Of a stretch of DNA of 64,000 nt, positions 1 to 10,500 are shown one piece after another. Below the pieces are notes generated by a model, which was given only the letters and a program-made list of their open reading frames with translations, was not told the origin of the DNA and did not search any database. The stretch covers positions 89,049,770 through 89,113,769 of the forward strand of contig NC_057713.1 of NCBI RefSeq assembly GCF_004010195.1, given 5' to 3'. Source of the stretch: Chiloscyllium plagiosum. Lineage: Eukaryota. Within the stretch, counting starts at the first letter, position 1. Every line of letters starts with the position of its first letter. The position numbers and the translations under genes are program-made.

Positions 1-409
1 GAAAGCAGTTTTAGCAGTTTTAGTAAAGTAAAAGTTGGAAACTTTCAAGAGGTGATCACACATGAGAGCAGAAAAGAAGGTAGAAAGGAGGTAAGATGGT
101 TAGTCCTTTTTAATAAAAGGATAATTAAAGCAGATTTAGCTTGGGGACCTGTGGCAGTACTAGAAGAAAGAGAAGCTTGAGATAGCCAAAAAGGAAATTG
201 GGTGGTCAATGCTTTAGCAGTAGGCTCACTGGTGAGTCTTGTGGACAAGAAGAGCTCAGAGTGGGCATTGTGGGTGAAGGTAGTGGAGAGGTATGGAATA
301 GGGGGTTAGGTGACAAAAAGCAGCAGATAGGACGATCTCAATCTATGTGACCAACATGCCCATGGACTCCTTTCAATTGCACTTGGTGGAGACAAGGGTG
401 GAATAGACT

Positions 410-635
410 AAAGTCAAAAAGTATGGTGCTGGAAAAGCACAGCTGGTCACGCAACATCCAAGGAGCAGGAGAATTGACATTTCGAGCATAAGCTATTCAT
501 CAGGAATGTCATGCTGAAGAGCTTATGCTCAACATCAGCTCTCCTACTCCTCGGATGCTTCTTAACCGGCTGTCCTTTTCCAGCTCCACACGTTTTGACT
601 CCGATCTCCAGCATCTGCAGTCCTCACTTTCTCCC
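410..635. mobile_element. Short fold-back PLE-derived element (family A) with degenerate hammerhead motifs
   Basis: Arms gtgctggaaaagcacagc... and ...gctgtccttttccagctccac are imperfect reverse complements. One-sided tail gatctccagcatctgcagtcctcactttctcc. Flanked by tgga(a/t)tagact at 399-409 and 636-646. Confidence 0.7.
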
Positions 636-1466
636 TGGATTAGACTGGAGAAAGGTTTAAGTAGAAGATTTGCTGTTGAGAAAAGGACCTAGGTTTTTCT
701 TTATTTCAGGATCATCCTGAAGTATAATGAGCAATTTCAATGGGGTGCTGACATCTAACCTGATCTGGTAATGAATGGCTATACCCATTGTCCACCCTAT
801 CTATATCCCTGTCCTTATGGAGCACAGCAGTCAGAGTGAGAGAGAGTACAACGATTTCACTAAGAATTGGAGCATCAATTTTGAAGGTGATGGTATGTTA
901 GATGCAACAAAGTTTATTTTTGAGACTGAGGCTAGACAGTTGTATTTTTTTAAAAATAATTTTTTGTCAGGTAGATTTAATGCCATAGGCTGGAGTGGGT
1001 AGATGAGAGTGGACAATGATCTAATGGAGTGATCAGAAATTGCCTTACCTATGTTTGATATGATGACCGCATTGAGGGGGTGGTGATGAATATAGGCTGT
1101 GGTGTTTTACATGGAGGGAGAAATTAAGAAGGCAATGAACTTAGAAGAAAACATGAGTGGAGATTGAAATTGCTGAGGCTGAGAAACCACTTCAGGCAGA
1201 GGATAAAGGATGGAAGCAGTGAAAATATCTTGGTGAGAAAGCTGTAATGGTACATGGATGCTCATCCGGCAAAGTCCCAAGCTTTAAGGGAACAGATCAA
1301 GACGTGATCCGATAATGAGTGCAGAGGAGAGAAATGAGCATAGATGTGAAGACAGGAGTGATGAGGGTAAAATGCAATAATTTAAAGATATTCATGTGTA
1401 CATTAGCACAGTAAAATGAGTTTTGATAAATGTATTTACATAATGCACACTTTCTTTTCCTTGAAG

Positions 1467-1563
1467 TAAAATGGACTCACTTAAAAGACAACATAACTGG
1501 ATTCAAGCGATGACAGATGAATGTGCGAACAATCTTAATCGGGCTGAGATTCTGCTCCAAGAG
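1467..1563 (+). CDS. DSP: DSP exon 2 (KMDSLKRQHNWIQAMTDECANNLNRAEILLQE)
   Basis: ttccttgaag acceptor, GAG|gtaaat donor, phase 2 to 0. Resembles human CSDCLMRAELIVQP. Confidence 0.85.
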
Positions 1564-4500
1564 GTAAATTCTTGTTCTGATCAAAAGCTATCATTATTAA
1601 GTTATAAGAGGAACTTACATTACAACAAAAATTTATATTCACGTCCCTGTCCACTCAATTTAGCAAAAATCAAAAATAACTCACAAATGAGCTCCGTGTT
1701 TGATCTGGTGCATCACCACGAGGTTTTTTGTGTCCTTAAAACTTTCCAGAGTTATTTTTCTAGAGTTTTTTCAAATAACTGTGTATTGTTTTCATTTCAC
1801 CCTCCATAAAGTTTTGAATGTTCTTTTATTAGATCTATAATAATTCAGCCAACCTTCAACTTTACAATTGTTACTATATTCTTTAGAGGTAGAGCAGTCA
1901 AAAGCATTCTAAGATGACAGTACAAAACAACAGTACAGAAAATGTCAGCTGTTAGACATCACATCAAATTTGGCTTATCCTTCAAAATAGAAATAAAAAT
2001 AAATATCATGTATTGCGTATGATAGGTGGTCATTCAGCTATGCAACAAAATACCAAGCACCAAGACAAATATCTGTCCCCCAGCTTTTTTAAAAAAAAAG
2101 AACATGTTGATTTAATTAACATTGGCATAATTATAATTAAAGCCACCCAAATAATTTCCTGGGATGTATTCCCAGGAATATCCTCCCTAAGTACAGCTGT
2201 AGTGCTATCCCTTATCAGAAATGCCACTCCCCTTCCTCTCTTGTCTCCCCTTTGTATTCTTCCAATTGCATTTTATCAGTCTGACCTTGTTCTCTGCTTT
2301 GTTCCTGTCTTCCCTGACTGTTTGTTTGACTTGCTCCTTTTCCAAATAGACAGTCAAGCGCAATTAGGAAGGCAAATGTGTGTTGTCCTTCATTGCAAGA
2401 TGATTTGCATTCAAAAGTAGCGATGTCATACGGCAGTTATATGGGGCCATGGTGAACTGTCTGCAATTTTGGTCTCACTACTTGAGAGGATATACAACCA
2501 TATAGGGAATACAGTGGGGCTTCGAGGCTGATACTGGAAATCCTATGAGGAAAGATGGGTTCACCTAGGCCTGTATTCACTAGAGCTTACAGGATGAGAG
2601 GTAATCTCATTGAAACATAAACTTCTAACAGGGTTGGACAGATCAGACACAAGAAGGATGTTTTCCCTGGTTGGTGAGTCCAGTTTCAGGGCCCACACTT
2701 CCAGGTTACTGGGTAGACCATTTAGCAATACAGTAATAAGGAGACATATTTTTGTAGAGTAGTGAACTTGTGGAAATCTTTGTCTGTGGCAGCCATGTCA
2801 CTAAATGTATTCAAGAAATAGATTATAGCTCTTTTTTTTAGGTTTTAAAGGCATTAAATGGTATGGGCAGAAAGTGGGAATATGGTATCAAGATAAAGGA
2901 TGAGCTGTGATCATATTGAATGGTACATCATGCTTAAAGGGCCTTCTGTTCCTAGTATCTATATTTCTATGTATTCCATGAACGCAGTCACCTAGAGGAA
3001 GACCCATGAATGTAAGATCCTTCTCCACTCAGCCCGGATAAAACCCATCAACATCTTCTCTCCAAAACCCCTCTCTCACTGTATGCCATTGTAGCCATCT
3101 CCCAGTAAGTCTCATATTCCACCACTATCACTGCTGCTTGCAACTTTTCCACTCCGTCTCATACATCTCAACACCACTAATTTCTGCATGCCCTCTGCAC
3201 TTAGGACACCTCCCCACCTGCACCAGAAGTAACAACTGTGCCACCCACTTTCAACCTCTGTCTGTCTCTGATTGTTCTAATGGTGCACTGCCCATCATTC
3301 AGCTTCTCACCTGGTGACTCTGACCACATCAAGAAAGCCTGGACTGGTATCAGAATCTGCCTGGGAGCTGCTGAGCAAAGGCAATGCTCCTTGACCTAAC
3401 CAATGTCTCTGGCAACCATGACATGCTTTCTGCCTTTGTGCCTGTGCTAAATGGCAAAGCAAGGCTGTATTAATGAGTCTGGTGTATCTGGCTGAACAGG
3501 TAAAACAGAGGCAAGGCATGCAAGGAACGGATGTTGTGATCACCCCAGAGATGCAACACAGTTCAGACCACAATCTCAGTGTTCCTGAGCACAGAGTGTC
3601 CTTTTTGCAGCATTGTAACAATAGATGCCATTGCAGCATTAAAGTGCAGCAGCATCCTGTAAGTGGAATAGAGATGTACATGAGCAACATTCCCTCTCTT
3701 TCCAATATGTGGACCTCTGAAATTTATGAATGGCCATGCCTTCTGGAAGAAGAGGCAAATGGATCAGGAAATGAAGTGGAGTGTATGGAATTTTCCAGCT
3801 GTGCAGCTTAGAGGGAACGTCAGCCATGTGGGTTCTGTGAGGTTGGCATGTGTCAGATGTTCATGGTTATGGAATCCATGGAGTGGCCTGTGCTCATGGG
3901 GTTTACTGTTAGACTTTGGTGCCCAGTGTCCCAACATGGATGGTGATTGAAGCAAGCATTGAGCTGAATCCTTCAGGTGCTGTCTCTGGTTTTCACTTGT
4001 TTGACAACTTTGATACGAAGGGCGGTTGAATATTAATGAGCGATTTGTGACTCGTACGAGTGCTAATCCCTGTCAAATGGTATCTGTGCCGACCCCTTGT
4101 TGAAAGTGTAAACAATGGACTGCGATAATCTTGGCATTGAGAGGGGTCTCTCTGCAATTGTTGGCTGATTGTGCAATGTATCTTGCCATAGACCACATCA
4201 TTCAGACTCCTCTGAGATTCTGCCCATTGTGTGTGTGGAAAGCTAATCAATAAAAATGTTTATAGCCTGATTTGTGCCCTGGAAAATAAATTTCTACTTC
4301 AGTGCTATATCAAATTTTCTGCTGTGTGAAATATTGTCTTTTAGATCTGATTTCTAAACCTGAGGGATTTGTCACATTCAGTAAATATAAGTTGGACATC
4401 TTGGGCTAGAAGTTGTCATATGTCAGTGTTTGGGCATGAAATTTATTTTAGCCTGTAGTCAGTTACGCAACAGTCACATTATTGATCTTTACTGTTTAGT

Positions 4501-7500
4501 GGCATCTCTGATGGCCATCTCAAAATGGTGTTAGATCAATTTTAAAGTATAAGGAACGATTCTGCACCTGCTTCACGTATCTGTTACATAAAATGTGTAA
4601 AAACAAATAAAGATGGAGTATGTGTTGTGTTTGTTGTGACAAGTTATTCCAGTTCTGCAGTGATCATAACAGTCCTTTTATAGGGACTGCTAAAAGGTAC
4701 AGAACAAACGAAGGAAAGGACTCGCTCAACAGCATTGCTGTGAGTCCTTAACTGATGGTTTTCCCATACAAGTTCATTCCTATTCTCGGTCATATCTTAC
4801 AGAATTAGCTCATTGTCCATTCGATCCACAATGCTGGATGCATAACCACTTGAAGTGAGGTACGTTTCTCCTGGAGAATAATCATAATTCCCTCATTCTG
4901 TTTTCATTTTGCTGATAAGCAAAGCTCAGGTTGCAAACTCCGCAAAACCCCAAGTGAAGTACTGGGGGGAGGTGGTGGTGGACAGTAGCCCAGGCATTGT
5001 TTATGGGGCTTGTTATCCTTGCGAAGAACCAAGGATATGGAGGTGCTGCTGCCTGGCGTGGGCACCCGTTATTTGAAGCTTGTAATCCTTATGATCCAGT
5101 TGTTGCCATTACTGGGCAGTTCAGATCCCAGAATGAATTGTGGCTTAATAGTTTATATTTTCTTCTTCAAATAAGTGATTTCTGACTAAAGCACAAGTAC
5201 ACAATGCTGCAGATTTGGTTTTAACAACAAAACATAAGTTTATTTTGCAGAACAAAAAATCAAATAAACCAAACTACTTACATATGATATAGTTCAAAGA
5301 TCCAAACTCTGTATTATGTTATCCTAAAATGTATATGAATCTGACACTTCTGCATCCACCAAAGAACAAAAATATATCTTTGTTTTCATTATCTATTTCA
5401 GATTATCTTAACACTATTTCTATATCATATTAACGGTAGTAACATATTAAAGTGAGTTACACAGCAACCATATTTTATGTAAGTTCATGAACACCACAAC
5501 ATTTGGTTAATAGTGAATAGATTGTCCACTAAGCATTTTCTTTTCCAGGCATGTCAATGATTTTTAAATTATAGTAAATTATATTAAAATATATAAAAAT
5601 CACAAACCTTGCAATACACAGTATAAACCAGGCCAATTATTAGCCACCATGGTAGATGGAACTTAATCCTACAGTTGTTGCCTCCCACCAGGTTACTATT
5701 ACCCTTCACTTGACTAACGTTGAGAGTCACTTGAAACTGCATTTTCTTGGCTTCTACTGAGCCACCTTGCTGCAGTGAATGACTGATATCAGGGGAGTTG
5801 ATAGTAGAGAGCATAGAAATGTTGGGGTCACACAGTCAACATTTTGTTACTTTTTTTACGATGGAGGATGCTACTACAATCCCAATAGTAACAGATAATG
5901 CAGAGATTATGGAAAGAGGAACTTAGAACAACCATCATCACTAGGGAAAAAAGTACTGAGCAAATTTTTGATGTTGAACGCAGACAAGTCCGCAGGCTGA
6001 TGGCACACATCCTAGGGCCTTAAAGGAAGGGGCAGCAGAGATATTGGATCCATTGGTTATAATATTCCAAAATTCTCTGCATGCAGGAAATGTTGCAATG
6101 GATGGGGAAATAATAATCTAATGTCCTTATTCAAAAATGGATGGAGGCATAAAGCGGGAAACTATAGACCAGTTAGTTTGATGAGCCATTGGGAAATTGT
6201 TGAATGGATTATGGAAGTAATAACAGATCATTTGGATAGTCAAAACACAGTCCATCAGAGACCTTGATATTATGAAGGCTAAATCATGTTTGGCTAATTT
6301 GCTCGTTTTACAAGGTGAATTAGGGGATGTTGTAAAGGTAGTATATCTGTATTTCTGGGATGTATTTGATAAGGTGCTGCTCAAATGGTCAATATACACG
6401 TTAATATCACATTGAGTTAGGGGTAATTTATTAGCTTGGATAGAGGATTGGCTAACCAACAGAAAATAAAGTTAAGATAAATTAATCTTTTTTTGATTTG
6501 TAAAATGTAACTACAGGTAGTGGAGTACCAGATTATTCAGTCCTTTGGTTGCAACTATTTACCACCTACATTAATGACTTGGATATACAGGTAGAAAGTG
6601 GAATAACTCTACAAAGACTGGTATCCCATCACTACGTCACCCTCTTATCTACATGTGCTTAGTACTTTACACTTGACTGGCTCCCTCGGAGCTAGTTCTC
6701 GGAGTAAACAGAACCTGTAACACTCCTGTTATATTTTTTTTTCGTAACCGCGGAAGACAATTCTGTTTTGTTTTCTTTACCGCCTAACTGCGGTAGTGCT
6801 TATTTTTCCCCAGCACCCATGGTGTGTGTGTGTGTAGGTGTGAGAGACACAAGGTGCACAAATCTTTATTCAATTTCCACCACCAGGAAGATAGGAAAAC
6901 ACCCGAGTGGCCAGTGCACTCCTGTTATTTTTTTTTGGCCGGTGCCTGGACCTGTTCCAATCCCTATTTATATATTTTTTTTTTGCCCTCTTCCCCTCTT
7001 GTTTATTTTTTTTTGAGACACAGTGAAGACATTCCTGTTTTTTTTTTCTTTTTCTTTTTTTTTCTTCTTTTGCTTATTTTTTTTTTCCCCAGCACCCATG
7101 GTGTGTGTGTGTGTACAGTGAAGGGGAGGGTAGGGACTAAATCAAAATAGAGTTAGAGGGAGAAATGATGCACTCCACTCCCTGCGGCGCCCACCTCTCC
7201 CTGAACAACTCCGGGGTGTTGGTGGACACCGCGTGCTCCTTCTCCAACGTAACCGCGGAAGAGGGGCAGGCAGTCGGCCCTAATGACCCCCTCCACGGCC
7301 CGCTGCCTGGACCTGTTAATGGCCAGTTTGGTCAGGCCCAGGAGCAGACCCACGAGGAGGTCTTCACACTCCTGTTATATATTTTTTTTTATTTTATTTT
7401 ATTTTTTTTTCCTTTTCTTTTTCTTTTTCACTCCTGTTATATATCTGTCAGCCAGGGCTCCCTGATTGGTGGACTAGATTAACAGCCCTAACTAGGAAAC

Positions 7501-10500
7501 TCCTATTCTATGAGGTCCACCTGACTGACCTCATTATAACCACTACAGAAACTAATATTACCAAATTTGCATATGACACTAACATAGATGGGCAAGGAAG
7601 TTGCAATGAAGAATTAAGAAATTCATAAATAGATAAGGATAGGTTAGGTAAATGGACCATCTAGAAATGAGTCATTCTTATGAAGAGAGATTGAGCAGCT
7701 TCTGCCTATACTGTGCTGGAGTTCAGAAGAATGAGAGATCTGTTTGAGTTATAAGATGCCAAAAGGTGATTGACAAAGTAGTTACAGACAGGATGTTTCC
7801 TTATGTGGGATGTTCTAAAATGAGACATCATAGTTTTAGTATAAGGGGTAGCAGATTTAAAATGGAAATGAGAAATGACTTCTCTCAAAGGGTTGCGAAC
7901 TGTAGAATTCACTGTCCAAAAGAGTGGTGGATGCCAGGAAATTGAATACGGTTAAGGAAAATAAGACAGATTTTTAAAATTAGTAATGGGATGAAGTGTT
8001 AATGAAGGTACAGTTGAAGCTAAAATGAGGTCAGCCATGATCATATTAAATGGTGGAGCATGTTCAAGTGCCTGAATTGTCTGCTGCTGTTCCTGCTCCT
8101 AGTTCTTGTGTTCTTGTATTCCCCTAATTCAGGATACAGTCAAGAATTTGTGCAACATCTAAAAACTGCACAAAATACATCATGTGTTTAAATAACATTA
8201 GTTTGAGTTCCTAGTTTAACTGAAGCAGTAAAATGTCATCTTCAGATATTCAAATAATTATTTGCAAAATGATAACGTGTTGGCCCAGAAAATCCATTGA
8301 TCGTATTGTTGTTGCACGAGTGTGAATTGGAGTTATGCATTAGGACCACCTGGAGATCCCCACAGGGCTGACTCAGTGGAAATTGAAATTTCCTTGGGGA
8401 ATTGACATGTGTTTAGAAACCACCAAAAACGTCCCCAACTCCAGGTAGAGAGTTAGAGATTTTGGAGGGCTCTGACTGACTAGAGCTTAATAGTTATCCA
8501 CAAAACCTGCTGTTAAACTGTTAAGTTGGACTCTAATTCTCTATGTGCAAACATTACACCCACCCACACCACACATACCATATTAACAAAGGGAGATCCA
8601 ATTAAAAGATAGACTTAGAGTCATAGAGATGTACAGCACGGAAACAGACCCTTCGGTCCAACTTGTCCATGCTGACCAGAAATCCCAACCTAATCTAGTC
8701 CCATCTGCCAGCGCCCGGCCCATATCCCTCCAAACCCTTCCTATTCATACACCCACCTAGATGCCTTTTAAATGTTGCAATTGTACTAGCCTCCACCACT
8801 TTCTCTGGCAGCTCATTCCATACACACACCACCCTCTGCGTGAAAATGTTGCCCCTTAGGTCCCTTTTATATCTTTCCCCTCTTACCCTAAATCTATGAC
8901 TTCTAGTTCTGGACTCCACTACCCCAGGAATAAGACTTTGTCTGTTTACCCTATCCATGCCCCTCATGATTTTATAAACCTCTATAAGGTCACCCCTCAG
9001 CCTCCGACACTCCAGGGAAAATAGCCCTAGCCTATTCAACCTCTCCCTATAGCTCAAAGCCTCTAAAGAGAAAATGAGGTCTGCAGATGCTGGAGATCAG
9101 AGATGGAAATGTGTTGCTGGAGAAGGGTCACCCCTCAGCCTCCGACACTCCAGGGAAAACAGCCCTAGCCTATTCAACCTCTCCCTATAGTTCAAAGCCT
9201 CTAACCCTGGCAACATCCTTGTAAATTCCTTCTGAACCCTTTCAAGTTTCACAACATCTTGTCGATCGGAAGGAAACCAGAATTGCATGCAGTATTCTAC
9301 TTCACTTGGCTGATTGGAATTTCTGGGCCATGTTTTATGAACTGTTCAGAAGAATGAGAGATCTGTTTGAGTTATGTTGCAGTGGAGTAGAATTTTCCTT
9401 GGTTAAAACTTTCAGAAGTTCAATTTTCTTTCTCACGCTATTTCATTTACAGGATTTGGATGCTTTTGATGTTGGGCTGCATGGAAGACACAGAATAGAA
9501 ATTGATGAATTGTTGAAAGTGGCTGGGGAGCAACTAGCTATAATTGAAGGCTATGCTAATGATTTAAAACGCAGTGGGAAACCTTATGAATCAATCCAAA
9601 AAAGGTAAGGAAAACTGCTTTGAGTTAAAAACTGAAATATACTGGAAATCTTGTTCAGTCACACAAGGATGTGCTGTTTGCAGCCTTATGCCCTACTCCA
9701 CTATTCACTGATCATGGTGGAGCTCTTGCTCGATTATGTGTCATTCCAAACCTGTTAAAATGTTCACAAAAATCTTGTGATGTATAACAGAAAACGTTGT
9801 CTAGACAAAGCAAAATTTGGGACTTATTATGTAGAATTTTACGATCTCTCGCAGGCTGTTTTGAAGGTGATGGAAGGGGATGATAGTTTGTAAAATACAG
9901 CGTGTGTGTTAACTGCTCATTCCTGACCTGTCTCCCATTTTAAGAACGAGAAACTGGTATGACTGGGCTAACAATTATTACACCTCCAATTGGCCAGCAG
10001 CATTCTAAGGCAGGAGTTTCCCCCAAAAGGGGCATGGAAATCTAATCCTTATGCAAGTAAAGCCACATTGTCCATCCACCAACGTTTTGGGCAATGAGAC
10101 AGGAAACCCCTTTCACTATGCAAAAAATATATTGAAGACTTTAAAGTTTGAGGTTCAAAAGAAGTAATTTATTTTGCATTGATTGAAATAAAATGATCCT
10201 TTAATACACTGTCTTTAAAAAAACTGATATAGATATCCCCCGCTTTCCCAAAGCAGAACATTCCTATGAAACATTTTGTAAACCAAAATGGCGTAAAACA
10301 AAGAAGCATTAATTTATATTGGAAAAATTTTGCCATTTTTTGTAAAAGCAAAAATCCTCTTTGGATTGCTTTTGTTTAGCAAAAAAGGTACCAATGTAGG
10401 TCTTTCATAAAAGCCAAGTGGCGTAAAACAAATTTTCGAAAAGCGGGGGATACCTGTACACTGTTTCAAAATGTGACAAGTCAGAGTGTAGGTGTTTGAT

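Larger units (their letters stand above)
5870..8120 (+). mobile_element. Degenerate CR1-type LINE interrupted at about 6591-7547 by nested insertions
   Basis: Decayed RT motifs (aactatagaccagttagt = NYRPVS; ttaatgacttgga...aaatttgcatatgacact = NDL..KFAxDT) continue on both sides of the insert. Confidence 0.65.

Noticed and set aside
690-1002. Acceptor-like ttttctttatttcag at about 709 and a 75-aa ORF as possible DSP exon 1
   Set aside because: No DSP similarity, no promoter or CpG island, and it lies in decayed repeat-like sequence; exon 1 is probably upstream of the window.
3307-4250. Cluster of overlapping 60-130 aa ORFs in intron 2
   Set aside because: No recognisable domain or splice-compatible exon; probably an old unclassified repeat.
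6721-7442. Repeated 12-mers with intervening unique sequence, superficially CRISPR-like
   Set aside because: Eukaryotic intron, irregular spacing, poly(A) tracts and no cas genes; better explained as an integration scar.
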